Positions 45,394 through 54,537 of a DNA stretch of 64,000 nt are shown here, piece by piece (positions within the stretch are counted from its first letter, which is position 1; each line of letters starts with the position of its first letter). Origin of the DNA: Candidatus Saccharimonadales bacterium (GTDB lineage: Bacteria; Patescibacteriota; Saccharimonadia; Saccharimonadales; UBA10212); the NCBI GenBank assembly GCA_025450575.1, contig JANWHE010000016.1, positions 22,777 through 86,776 of the forward strand, in the 5' to 3' direction. The position numbers and the translations under genes are program-made. A model generated the notes under the pieces. That model was not told the origin of the DNA. It worked only from the letters and a program-made list of their open reading frames with translations, and searched no databases.

Positions 45394-45453
45394 AGATTTT
45401 TATGTACCTGCTTAGTGGTTTTTTGTTTTTCAGTGGTGGTAACTATTTTGGTT

Positions 45454-45500
45454 ACCCACTTTTACCCACTGAGTTGATGATACTACCCACCTCAACCCAC
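45454..45500 (-). promoter_or_regulatory. Four phased GTGGGT boxes (candidate MraZ operator)
   Basis: ACCCAC on the + strand at 45454, 45464, 45485 and 45495 (spacing 10/21/10), 60-107 nt upstream of the mraZ ATG. E. coli MraZ binds TGGGN direct repeats with 10-bp phasing. Confidence 0.6.
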
Positions 45501-45520
45501 TGCAATAGCATTTATATGCA

Positions 45521-45545
45521 AAGTGGCTCCTTATAAGAGCCACTT
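45521..45545 (-). terminator. Hairpin downstream of the small 45624-45836 gene
   Basis: AAGTGGCTC-CTTATAA-GAGCCACTT, a 9-bp perfect stem. Confidence 0.45.
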
Positions 45546-45623
45546 GTCCACAGAACTGCCTTATAGGCTTAAATTACACTAGATGTAGCGTTAGATACAT
45601 GAGACTGTCCGCTAGGCAACCGA

Positions 45624-45836
45624 TTACCTAGGCTGGGTGATTACACTCGGGCTATGGCCGTGATATCCGTAGCTATTGCTCTGGATATAAGCCCTAACTA
45701 GCAGCGGGGCTATCGCCACGCCGACAACGGCACCGGCTATCCGGCGGCGCCGGGCATAATTAGGCTGAGCGCCCGCGACGGCTTCGGGCTCCTGTGTTTC
45801 ATAAGGGTTTTCGTACAGTTTTGGTATTTTTGCCAT
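45624..45836 (-). CDS. Hypothetical small membrane protein
   Basis: 70 aa with one hydrophobic segment (IAGAVVGVAIAPLLV) after an RRRR stretch. No family recognised. Confidence 0.35.
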   Translation of the reverse strand: MAKIPKLYENPYETQEPEAVAGAQPNYARRRRIAGAVVGVAIAPLLVRAYIQSNSYGYHGHSPSVITQPR

Positions 45837-45873
45837 AGCAATACCTTATCATGGATTAGCAAAATGGTCAAGC

Positions 45874-47163
45874 TTATTTCGTACCGGAAAGCTGCTCTAT
45901 CTTCTCGGCGAACCACTTGGCGCTGGGGCGGATAGTCCGCTTCATTCCGTGTGCCCTGTCCACTTCCACTAGGCCGAACTTCGGCCACCAGCCGTTCTCC
46001 CACTCGAAGTTATCCAGCAGGCTCCAATGAAAATAGCCAATCAGGTCCACCCCCTCGCTGATGGCCCGTTCCATAGCGATGATGGTCTCTTCTATCCACC
46101 AGCGGCGGTATTCGTCGGCGGCATCGGCCACGCCGTTCTCGGTAATTATGATGGGTTTACCTTTGAAACGCCGTGAGATGCTCAGTAGCAGCGGGTACAG
46201 ACCTTCGGGCTCCATATACCAGCCCATGTTGCTTAGTGGTACCGCCGGGTCCTTGCGTACCCCCAGCTTGGTGTAGTAATCCGTAAAGTAGTAATTGAAA
46301 CCGATGAAATCCATCTGCAGCCGTACCCGGCGCAAAAACAGCCAGTTCCAGAAATAGCGCATAAAACGGGTGGTAAACTCATCCAGCTCGTTATGAGGCC
46401 GCTTGGCCTGGATGTTGGCCAGCTGGGTAGCCAGGCTGATCTGGAGGGCCGGATTATAGGATTTAAGGATCTTGTAGGCCTGGCGGTGAGCCCGCATCAG
46501 GTTGATATAAACCTTGGAGAAACTCAGCAGGCTGGTTTCTCCGGGCGGCCAGTTGCCGCTGGTCGTCTCTTTGGTCAGGTAACCGAAGGTCGTGTAAACG
46601 TTAGGCTCGTTGAGGGTTAAGGCCCATTTGAGATCGGCGGCGTATTCCTGGCCGATCTTATCGATGAACCGGTAGAAATACTTAAGATTGCGCTTATATT
46701 TGAAAGCGCCTTTGTCGCAGAACCAGACCGGCATCGTCCAGTGCCAAAGGTTCATGACCGGCTCGATGCCGATGGCCTTCATATCCTTGATGTACTGGCG
46801 ATAGTGTTCGACGGCTTCTTCGTCCCAGACGCCCTCTTCGGGTTCCAGGCGAGACCATTCGATACCGAAACGCAGACTGGTCAGGTTAAGCTCTTTAGCC
46901 AGCCGGAAATCTTCTTTATAACGGCGGTAGTGGTCGACGCCCTGGCCGCTGATGTAAGCCTCGGGTTTGGCGGCCTGGTGTTTTATCTTAGGCCATATCG
47001 GCAGGCGGCCCAGGCGTTTTTCGGCGGTTTTGGCCAGCTGAGCGGCGTGAGCCAGCTCCCAGACCGTCCATTGATCGTGGTTGCCGCCTTCCACCTGGTG
47101 GCCGGAAGTGCTAGCGCCCCAGATGAAGGCTTTTGGAAAACCGTATTTTATGTCTTCGGGCAT
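45874..47163 (-). CDS. GH1-family beta-glucosidase
   Basis: FIWGASTSGHQVEGG, TLNEPN (acid/base Glu) and ITENG (nucleophile Glu). A start at ATG 47163 removes the Arg/Pro-rich extension that overlaps the upstream gene. Confidence 0.9.
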   Translation of the reverse strand: MPEDIKYGFPKAFIWGASTSGHQVEGGNHDQWTVWELAHAAQLAKTAEKRLGRLPIWPKIKHQAAKPEAYISGQGVDHYRRYKEDFRLAKELNLTSLRFGIEWSRLEPEEGVWDEEAVEHYRQYIKDMKAIGIEPVMNLWHWTMPVWFCDKGAFKYKRNLKYFYRFIDKIGQEYAADLKWALTLNEPNVYTTFGYLTKETTSGNWPPGETSLLSFSKVYINLMRAHRQAYKILKSYNPALQISLATQLANIQAKRPHNELDEFTTRFMRYFWNWLFLRRVRLQMDFIGFNYYFTDYYTKLGVRKDPAVPLSNMGWYMEPEGLYPLLLSISRRFKGKPIIITENGVADAADEYRRWWIEETIIAMERAISEGVDLIGYFHWSLLDNFEWENGWWPKFGLVEVDRAHGMKRTIRPSAKWFAEKIEQLSGTK

Positions 47164-47212
47164 CTTCGCCCCAATTGTAGCAGAAATAGGTAATCCGGTG
47201 GGCGGCGAAGGT

Positions 47213-47794
47213 TTACTGCGTCGGGGCGGACGGCTGCGGGCGAGCCGGCTTCTGGCCCGGTCGGCGGTCATGGTAGGCCAGTTCGCGGCGGTGGTTGTCC
47301 AGTCGCTCCACGTAATCTTCGAATTGCCTGAACAAGCTGGAATATTGGCCGGTGGGGGTCAGAATCTTCAGCAGCCGGCCTTGCTGGTGAAGGTATTCGA
47401 CCAGCGCGAAAAAGTCGCCGTCGCCGGAAACGATAATGGCCTTATCGTAGTTGGCCATCTCTTTCATGGCCCACAGCACCATGTCGGCATCGACGTTGCC
47501 TTTCACCGGTTTCTCCGGCTTGCCGGCAGTTTCTTCCGGACGCGGGCGGCTCATATCGAACGTCGGTTTCAGTACCACGGCGTAGCCGGCGTCGTGCATC
47601 TTCTCGTAGATATCCTCGTGCTCCGGGACGTAGCCGATGAACATGTAGGCCATATCCACGCCGTATCTGTCCGTCAGGAACTTGCGGAATTTTTTCCAAT
47701 TCATCTTCCAGCCGTACTTCTGAACGCTAACGTTCAGGTTCTGGCTGTCTATGAAAGCATAGATTTTTTCGGGCTTTTTGCCTCTTCGTCTCAT
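47213..47794 (-). CDS. NYN/LabA-like (PIN-related) domain protein
   Basis: YAFIDSQNLN and IIVSGDGDFFALVEYL acidic motifs characteristic of NYN/LabA domains. Confidence 0.7.
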   Translation of the reverse strand: MRRRGKKPEKIYAFIDSQNLNVSVQKYGWKMNWKKFRKFLTDRYGVDMAYMFIGYVPEHEDIYEKMHDAGYAVVLKPTFDMSRPRPEETAGKPEKPVKGNVDADMVLWAMKEMANYDKAIIVSGDGDFFALVEYLHQQGRLLKILTPTGQYSSLFRQFEDYVERLDNHRRELAYHDRRPGQKPARPQPSAPTQ

Positions 47795-47853
47795 CTCTTT
47801 GGTCTATTTTACCTTGTTTTAGGTGGTTTTCTTAGCCCGTAAACGGGGAGCAC

Positions 47854-48471
47854 CTAGATTTCCACCCTATCGCCGATGGTCAGGCCGTGGACTTTGACGC
47901 CTTTCTTATTCAGATAACCGCCCAAAAAGTCCGGGTTGCCGCCAAGGAAATCGTAATGGATGGGAATGACCTGCTTGGCTTTGACCTGCATAGTGAAGGA
48001 ATAAGCGTCTTTCAGCGAGATATCCGGACCGCTTAGAGGTACCGCTAGAGTGTCGACTTCCAGGCCTGCCAGCTCCTTGCCGTCGCCCGGATGGAACAAT
48101 TTACCATTGAACAGGTAACCGGTGTTCTGGACGCTGGTACTGCCATCCACCATCAGACAGTGCGGCAGTTCGATGGCTCTGACCTTAAGGCCGTTAACCT
48201 CGTACTCCTTACCGTCTTCCACCACCGTTTTGGACGCCTCTATCTGTTGGGCGGTGCTGGCGTTAGCATAGACCGGCGCCACGCCTTGTTCCACGAATGT
48301 CTTTGCCATATCGGCATCGAAGTGGTCGCCGTGCTCGTGAGTGTAAAATACGGCGTCCAGCTTACCGAATTCGCCTAGGCGCTCTTTTTCCTGCCCGCTG
48401 GGGTCGACCAGTATCCTGGCGCCCACCTCCTCTATTAATAAACAGCTCTGAAAATACCTTGTTATCTTCAT
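47854..48471 (-). CDS. Metallo-beta-lactamase-fold hydrolase
   Basis: HEHGDHFD (HxHxDH) motif. Confidence 0.8.
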   Translation of the reverse strand: MKITRYFQSCLLIEEVGARILVDPSGQEKERLGEFGKLDAVFYTHEHGDHFDADMAKTFVEQGVAPVYANASTAQQIEASKTVVEDGKEYEVNGLKVRAIELPHCLMVDGSTSVQNTGYLFNGKLFHPGDGKELAGLEVDTLAVPLSGPDISLKDAYSFTMQVKAKQVIPIHYDFLGGNPDFLGGYLNKKGVKVHGLTIGDRVEI

Positions 48472-48487
48472 ACGCGCCTCCTCGTAC

Positions 48488-48805
48488 TTACATTGTACTA
48501 CTTCGATCCTGAAGCACAGGACCTTGGGGCTCGACGATTATAAACAGCCGTTTTTCCGAATCGCCTATAATGATTACCGGTGACGAAATATTAGTGCCGA
48601 CGCTGGCGAGCATTATCTCCACCTCGGTATCGGGCGTTCCGTTGATATATCCGGTGACTTTTCCCAGCGATTCATTGATATCGCCTTCGAAAATGTTATA
48701 GGTCGCCGCCCTTTCTTGCTCCGTGAGGTCGTGCCCCAGCACATGCCGATATAGGGCGTTTACGTCCTCGCCGCGGCGCTCCGGACTGTAAGTTTCGTTT
48801 TCCAT
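48488..48805 (-). CDS. Hypothetical protein
   Basis: 105-aa ORF co-oriented with its neighbours. No motif recognised. Confidence 0.4.
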   Translation of the reverse strand: MENETYSPERRGEDVNALYRHVLGHDLTEQERAATYNIFEGDINESLGKVTGYINGTPDTEVEIMLASVGTNISSPVIIIGDSEKRLFIIVEPQGPVLQDRSSTM

Positions 48806-48905
48806 AATGCCGGCAGATATCTAGCCGATCTAAGCCTAATAGTACGCTGACCGCCCAATAATGAAAGCATGAGAGAAAAACAGGTAATCGCCTGTGATTA
48901 CTCCG

Positions 48906-49148
48906 CTAGGTCAGACTCAGCGCTATTTTGCCAATTTTGGCATTCGGGCGACGCGGCGGTTCGGGCGGCCGGATGTCTTTGATTTCTTCTTCTTTGATAA
49001 AATCTTTTACGGCCTCATGCTCTTGACGGTAGGCAGGAGAAATGAATACGCCACTTCCCATCCCCAGGTAAAACAGCGCGTTGATTATTTTAGCCTCAGC
49101 TAAAGACCGTTTGTGATAAGTGGGTTTTTCTCCGGTCATAACTCTCAT
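48906..49148 (-). CDS. Hypothetical small protein
   Basis: 80-aa ORF in the low-GC block, followed by a hairpin at about 48874-48897. Confidence 0.35.
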   Translation of the reverse strand: MRVMTGEKPTYHKRSLAEAKIINALFYLGMGSGVFISPAYRQEHEAVKDFIKEEEIKDIRPPEPPRRPNAKIGKIALSLT

Positions 49149-49172
49149 TTACGCATTAAGATACTTAACTTG

Positions 49173-49526
49173 TTAAGTATTCCTTTCTTCTTTCTGTCTA
49201 TCTAATTCATCTAGTTCATCTACCCGATGGCCTTCGCCTTTTAATCTTCGGCTATTACGGGCTTCAAATTCCTCGGGCGTAAGACTCCTGAATCCCTCTA
49301 CCAGGCCGGTGTCGATCATAAACCGCTCAGGGTCATCAACCCCTGCCTCTAGTAGTGTTTGAAGAAAGTATTCTTTCCTCTCATCTTCGTCCATTGGAGC
49401 AATGTGCTCAAGATCGTCTTCCACGAAGTCGCAGCCATGCTCTTGGAGCACGCTAATCGCTAATAGAATCTCATCAGGGTGTTGTTGCTGTGCTCTTTCG
49501 TCTTCGTCGGGAGTGCCTTCGCCCAT
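49173..49526 (-). CDS. Hypothetical highly acidic protein
   Basis: 117 aa, very rich in Asp/Glu (DEDERAQQQHPDE.., DEDERKEY, DELDELD). No motif recognised. Confidence 0.4.
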   Translation of the reverse strand: MGEGTPDEDERAQQQHPDEILLAISVLQEHGCDFVEDDLEHIAPMDEDERKEYFLQTLLEAGVDDPERFMIDTGLVEGFRSLTPEEFEARNSRRLKGEGHRVDELDELDRQKEERNT

Positions 49527-49530
49527 GGTA

Positions 49531-50019
49531 TTATTTTACGCTGGATTTAAGTTTATCAAGGCTAATTTCAATCCGGATATCATGGAGGAATTTCCCTGAT
49601 GCGTCGCTTTTGTCGCTGTTCATCCAGACTTGAGCCGGTACGGCTTTGTAAATATTTCGGGGTTTATCATCCCCGATATATTCCCGACCATCTGAAGGAT
49701 TGTACTTATCATTACGAAAAACCCTTGCGGCTGATAGAGCCTCTTGCTCATCGTTAATCTCGTAGGTGTTTGCCAAGAAGTAGACGCCTTCGGCAGTTTC
49801 CGCGTCAAAAACCACGATAAAAACTTTATTGTTTTCGCGAATATTTCGGGAGTGTTGGTTCTCCCGCCAGGATGTCCAATAAAAAATCAGTTCCCCGGGG
49901 AACCTGAATCCGGCGACAGGTGAATTCCACGGTTGACCGTCTTTCCCTGTCGTAGCTACCACAATAATTTTTTTACTATCTAGGACTTGCGCCGCTCTTT
50001 TCACTAAATCTTCATTCAT
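49531..50019 (-). CDS. Pyridoxamine-5'-phosphate-oxidase-like (FMN-binding split-barrel) family protein
   Basis: IVVATTGKDGQPWNSPV.. N-terminal pattern and a size typical of the PNPOx/GSP26 family. Confidence 0.55.
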   Translation of the reverse strand: MNEDLVKRAAQVLDSKKIIVVATTGKDGQPWNSPVAGFRFPGELIFYWTSWRENQHSRNIRENNKVFIVVFDAETAEGVYFLANTYEINDEQEALSAARVFRNDKYNPSDGREYIGDDKPRNIYKAVPAQVWMNSDKSDASGKFLHDIRIEISLDKLKSSVK

Positions 50020-50633
50020 GTGATTTTTTCAAATCTCCATGCGCCTTCTTTTAGCTGAAAACGATTTCGTGGCTCCGGTTCATCTCGGTAAAAAACGCAC
50101 TTCCTTGTCGTGAACTCTCTGTTATATATATCTTGATAACGAATTTCCATAGCAATATCGTTATTCCTTTGATTCGCGGTTATCCTGCTAATTTCGTCTA
50201 GGTGAAACTCACGGGTAATGCCATCGCCACCGAAAATTGAAAGACCACTGATTATACTTCTGTCGTTTAGCTTTATCTCCACATTTTTTGCCAACCCGCG
50301 GCCAGCGTTCCGGAGATTAATTCTGAGCATTTTATTTTGGAGCATTCCGTCAAATGGGGCCACAATCGGCAGAAATTCATTCATCATAATTTCTTCTTGA
50401 ACTCTTACCTCTTTTTCAGTTGTGACTCTTAAGTCATAGGTCTCAATAGTATATTTAATTATTACGATTGCGGTCAGCCACAATATTATTGAGCTAACCT
50501 TTGTGTTAGCGGAAAGATCAAACCACAAGAAATAATCGCAAGTCGCTATAAAAATCGTTCCCACTAATGCGACGACGATTAGAACCTTGTCGAGGTTCTT
50601 TATTCGATATTTAAGCTTTGGGGGTGAGGTCAT
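50016..50633 (-). CDS. Hypothetical two-TM membrane protein with beta-rich C-terminal domain
   Basis: Two hydrophobic helices in the first 60 aa. About 30-37 % GC. The start overlaps the glyQS stop by 23 nt. Confidence 0.45.
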   Translation of the reverse strand: MTSPPKLKYRIKNLDKVLIVVALVGTIFIATCDYFLWFDLSANTKVSSIILWLTAIVIIKYTIETYDLRVTTEKEVRVQEEIMMNEFLPIVAPFDGMLQNKMLRINLRNAGRGLAKNVEIKLNDRSIISGLSIFGGDGITREFHLDEISRITANQRNNDIAMEIRYQDIYNREFTTRKCVFYRDEPEPRNRFQLKEGAWRFEKIT

Positions 50634-51951
50634 TCGTTTTGACCCTCTCCTGTTCGGTGGTGTCGCGGTCGCGGATGGTGACGGTGTCGTCTTCCAGGGT
50701 CTGGAAGTCGATGGTTATGGTGTGGGGCGTGCCGATTTCGTCCTGGCGGCGGTAGCGCTTGCCGATATTGCCGTTGTCGTCGAACATCACTTCGCCGATG
50801 CCCTGTTTGCGGAGCAGTTTGTGGACTTCTTTGGCTTTGCTGACCAGCTCCGGCTTATTTTTAAGCAGCGGGAAAACAGCGGCTTTGACCGGGGCTAAGT
50901 GTAATGGCAGCTTTAGGAAAACGCGTTTTTCGCCGCCCTGCTCGTCTTCCGAATAAGCACTAGATAGAACGGCCAGGAAGTTGCGGTCAACGCCGAAGGT
51001 CGGCTCTATGACGTGCGGGATGAACGGTTCACTACCGTCCTTCGGACGGTAGCTCATATCTTTGCCGGAATGCTCCTGGTGATTCTTGAGGTCAAAATCG
51101 GTGCGGTAAGCCAGGCCGCCGACTTCGTCGAAGCCCAGGCTTGGGAAATCATAATGAAAATCGATTGTACGCTTGCTGTAGTGGGCGCGGTCGGCTTCCG
51201 GGACTTCGATTTCCTTGATCTTATCTTCTGGCAAGCCGAGGTGTTTGAACCAGCTATGCATATCCTTGCGCCATTTTTCGAACTTGGCTTCCCACAGATT
51301 TTCCGGCAGGAAATATTCGAATTCCATGATTTCGAACTCGCGGACCCGGAACAGAAAGTCGCGCGGGCTGATTTCGTTGCGGAAGGCTTTGCCCACCTGG
51401 GCGACGCCGAACGGCAGGTCTGGGTAGAACGTGTCCAGGATGTTTTTGTAATTAGTGAACATACCCTGGGCGGTTTCCGGCCGCAGATAAGCTATGTTCT
51501 TTTCGTCCTCTATCGGACCGACAGTGGTTTTGAACATCAGGTTGAATTGCCGGGCTTCGCCTAACGTGCCGGTTTTGCCGCAGACCGGGCACTTGGCGGA
51601 TTTGAGATCTTCTTCCGTTAAATTGACGGCGTCTTCTAGGATATGGTCGGCCCGCAGGCGGTTATGGCAGTTGCTGCACTCCACGAGAGGGTCGGTAAAG
51701 GTATCTACGTGGCCGCTGGCCTGCCAGACTTTGGGGTTCATCAAAATCGCCGAATCTATCTGGTACATGTCGTCCCAGCTGTCGACGAAGAATTTAAGCC
51801 ACTCGCTGACGATATTGCGCTTTAAGAGCGTGCCCAGCGGGCCGTAATCCCACGTGCCGGCCAAGCCGCCGTAAATCTCGCTGCCCTGATAAACGAAACC
51901 GCGACGCTTGGCCAGGCTGACAATATCCTCAAGTGTTGGCTTAGACTCCAT
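50611..51951 (-). CDS. glyQS: Glycine--tRNA ligase (homodimeric class II, GlyQS type)
   Basis: RGFVYQGSEIYGG, FRNEISPR, the Zn-like insertion CSNCHNRLRAD..CPVCG, and an anticodon-binding C-terminus. Confidence 0.92.
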   Translation of the reverse strand: MESKPTLEDIVSLAKRRGFVYQGSEIYGGLAGTWDYGPLGTLLKRNIVSEWLKFFVDSWDDMYQIDSAILMNPKVWQASGHVDTFTDPLVECSNCHNRLRADHILEDAVNLTEEDLKSAKCPVCGKTGTLGEARQFNLMFKTTVGPIEDEKNIAYLRPETAQGMFTNYKNILDTFYPDLPFGVAQVGKAFRNEISPRDFLFRVREFEIMEFEYFLPENLWEAKFEKWRKDMHSWFKHLGLPEDKIKEIEVPEADRAHYSKRTIDFHYDFPSLGFDEVGGLAYRTDFDLKNHQEHSGKDMSYRPKDGSEPFIPHVIEPTFGVDRNFLAVLSSAYSEDEQGGEKRVFLKLPLHLAPVKAAVFPLLKNKPELVSKAKEVHKLLRKQGIGEVMFDDNGNIGKRYRRQDEIGTPHTITIDFQTLEDDTVTIRDRDTTEQERVKTNDLTPKA

Positions 51952-52045
51952 CTTAACTACAGATTATAGCGGGTGTGTTTAAATTTCGTAAGTAGCTACT
52001 GCGCGCTTATTGACTTAAGCGATTTTTGTTATAATTGCGCTTACA

Positions 52046-52636
52046 ATGTCTTCAGAATCCCATGAGGGATACCCTGGGAGCGACTCCCTGCCTAGCGACA
52101 CGGAAGAGTTTCTGCGCTCACGACGAGAAAACCAAATTATGCTGGAAGCATTCGGCGATAATTTCGGTCCAAGGCAAAGCGCCAGGTACGCGAACGGCTA
52201 CCGCGATTTATATTTCGAGCATGGGCGGTCGGAGGATATGGATACGGCGCTTATTTTTTATGAATCTTCTCTGGCGGGCCTGGAAAAAGAAAGAGCTCTG
52301 AAGTCCTGGGTCCTGTGCAACAGGCTAAACCTTTATATCCATGAATATAGGCATGATAGGTTTGACCGGCAGTGGTTACTCGATGAGATTGAGGCCGCGA
52401 TGGAGGCCGCGAGACGTATTCCGTTTCGGGAGCGCAAGCAAGGCCATGCTGACCTTTGGTGGCTGCTGGCAAAACGAGCGGCGATACGCGATGAGGCGGT
52501 GAAAGAGGCTGGCGGCCTAGGCGGTGAAATTCCTCGCGGGCGGCGGCTCGAACTGGTAGGACGAGTTGCCGTGGTGCCGGCCGCTTTTGAACCGGAACCG
52601 ATAGTTATTCCTAAGCCGCAGCCCGGAGCTGCCTGA
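52046..52636 (+). CDS. Hypothetical protein (probably leaderless mRNA)
   Basis: 196-aa ORF. TATAAT lies about 11 nt upstream of the ATG and there is no SD. No motif recognised. Confidence 0.45.
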   Translation: MSSESHEGYPGSDSLPSDTEEFLRSRRENQIMLEAFGDNFGPRQSARYANGYRDLYFEHGRSEDMDTALIFYESSLAGLEKERALKSWVLCNRLNLYIHEYRHDRFDRQWLLDEIEAAMEAARRIPFRERKQGHADLWWLLAKRAAIRDEAVKEAGGLGGEIPRGRRLELVGRVAVVPAAFEPEPIVIPKPQPGAA

Positions 52637-52648
52637 CTACTTTTTTGA

Positions 52649-53335
52649 TCAGGTACGGATGTGGGTCTGGAGCATAGATTGGACCGCCGGCAGGCTCGCG
52701 GCGGCTAGGACCGGCGACTTGGCCACTTTGTTAAGTACCGATGGCTGGTTGGCGCTGAAAAGCAGGCGCAGGAACTTGATGTGGTCGGCGCCGAAGCCCT
52801 GCCCGACCGCGAAACACATCTTTTCAAAGTCGAAGTCGTACTTAGCGCCGGATTGCAGCATTTGGCCGGCGGCATCGGTCCGCAGATTAGGGGTATGGCC
52901 GGCCAAACGCAGCAGCTGGGCGCTGAACCAAACTTCGATTAAAACTAGGTTTATCGTATTGTCGTCTAAAGCTTGGAAGGCCTGATTTAACAGATCAAAA
53001 TACGCGCTTTCGGCGGCATCCTCCGTAGCTTTATTGAGCTTTTTTATAAATTCATAACCGGCATTGGTGCGGTCCAAAGCTTTGACGATGCACCCGTAAT
53101 GCTTGATTAGACGAGTAGATACGATAGTGTCGATATCGCGACGCCCTGGGATGAAAATGATGTCGCTGACGCTGAACAGTTCGATACCGCCGGCCAGCTT
53201 GCTTTTTTGCTTGCGCACCCCCTTGGCAATGGCCGTGACTTTACCATGGTCCGGAGTAATAAAGGTGATGATGCGGTCGGCTTCGCCGTAGTCGGTACGA
53301 GCCAGGATGATGGCCTGGGTGCGAAAGGTCTTCAT
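52649..53335 (-). CDS. recO: DNA repair protein RecO
   Basis: N-terminal OB-fold pattern QAIILARTDYGEADRIITFITPDHGKVTAIAKGVRKQKSKL. Confidence 0.85.
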   Translation of the reverse strand: MKTFRTQAIILARTDYGEADRIITFITPDHGKVTAIAKGVRKQKSKLAGGIELFSVSDIIFIPGRRDIDTIVSTRLIKHYGCIVKALDRTNAGYEFIKKLNKATEDAAESAYFDLLNQAFQALDDNTINLVLIEVWFSAQLLRLAGHTPNLRTDAAGQMLQSGAKYDFDFEKMCFAVGQGFGADHIKFLRLLFSANQPSVLNKVAKSPVLAAASLPAVQSMLQTHIRT

Positions 53336-53718
53336 ACCGTGGCGGGCTGCAGCAGGTTTCGGATTTCCTGTTCTAGCTGAGGAAGTGATGTCAGCGGCGC
53401 CGGCAAATAGCTGGAAACATTAAGCTGGTCGAAAGCCGGTTTGAACGGCCGGATGTCGTCGAGGTGTTGGTGGCCGGTGATAATCACCGGGATATCCTGC
53501 CATTCCGGGTAACTGCGCAGCTCATAAAGGAATTCCACGCCGGACCGTCCGGCCAGCAGTAAGTCGATGACGGCCAGCGCCGGCGGCTGGTTGTCGGCCG
53601 CAGTTATGGCGTGCTGTGGGTCGGTATGAGCGGTAACCCGATAGCCTTTCAGTCTTAGGTAGTCGGCGGTGCGGCCGGCCAGCTGCCGGTCTCCGCAAAG
53701 TATTAAGATGTGGTTCAT
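53332..53718 (-). CDS. Stand-alone receiver (REC) domain protein
   Basis: ILILCGD, AVIDLLL (Asp), PVIITG (Thr) and FKP (Lys) at receiver-like spacing. 4-nt overlaps with both neighbours. Confidence 0.65.
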   Translation of the reverse strand: MNHILILCGDRQLAGRTADYLRLKGYRVTAHTDPQHAITAADNQPPALAVIDLLLAGRSGVEFLYELRSYPEWQDIPVIITGHQHLDDIRPFKPAFDQLNVSSYLPAPLTSLPQLEQEIRNLLQPATV

Positions 53719-54428
53719 ACGAATTTAAGCTGTTTGCTGACCGGCAGGCTGGTAGCCAGCCCGGCGAGGTTATCATGGGCAGCTGCCCGCAGCGGCTGCC
53801 ACAGCGCAGCGCAAAGCATGTCGGCCACCAGAACGCCAGCGGCGGCGCCGGCCGGCACGGCCGGCAGCGGCTGGCGGGCTTTGCCTATTAAGCCGCGGGC
53901 GGCCCGTAGAGTACGGTCGCTTAAGCCGCGGGTGTCGCTGAAAACGCCGGCGGCGATAGATTTATCCGGCGCCGCGTGGGCGCCTAATACCAGCCGGTAG
54001 GATTTCTTATCGGACTGGGCGGCTTGGGCCCGGATAATGCTGGAACTTAAGACTTCCAGTGCCGACGCCAAACTAGCAGGGTTGGCCAGCACCAGCGACA
54101 AGCGGTGCTGGATACTTACTTCGATGTTGGTGTCGTACTGTTTGGCGTAAGAGGCCAGACGATGGGCGATGTCATCCATCAGAGCGCCGATGGCCAGTGG
54201 TTCCATGGGCAATTTACTAAGGTCGTCCGAGGCCAGCAACAGCCGGTAGGCTTCTATTTGTTGTAAGCCGGCGGCGATGTTTAAGGTAGTCTCTTGGGCG
54301 TGCTGGCGGGCGGCCGGTTTGGCGAAACTCTTACCTTCCAACAGATCGACCGACGTCTTTATCTGCAGTAGCGGCAATGTTAAATCCTCGCTGAGCGTCA
54401 TCAATAGCGCCCGCTGCCGGGCGAGCAC
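53715..54428 (-). CDS. Degenerate histidine-kinase-like protein lacking the phospho-acceptor His (pseudo-kinase)
   Basis: LLMTLSEDLTLPL aligns with the H-box ..SHELRTPL, with His replaced by Glu. The N-box Asn is absent (LEVLSSSIIRA) and the G-boxes are degenerate. Confidence 0.5.
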   Translation of the reverse strand: MLARQRALLMTLSEDLTLPLLQIKTSVDLLEGKSFAKPAARQHAQETTLNIAAGLQQIEAYRLLLASDDLSKLPMEPLAIGALMDDIAHRLASYAKQYDTNIEVSIQHRLSLVLANPASLASALEVLSSSIIRAQAAQSDKKSYRLVLGAHAAPDKSIAAGVFSDTRGLSDRTLRAARGLIGKARQPLPAVPAGAAAGVLVADMLCAALWQPLRAAAHDNLAGLATSLPVSKQLKFV

Positions 54429-54537
54429 TTCGTGCTGGTGCGAAAATGCCGACCTTTTCAGAAGTTGACCCCCTTTTATAGCCTATAATTATAGCACTGT
54501 TCAGGCGCCGCCAGTTGTTGTAAAAGAGCGCGAATAC

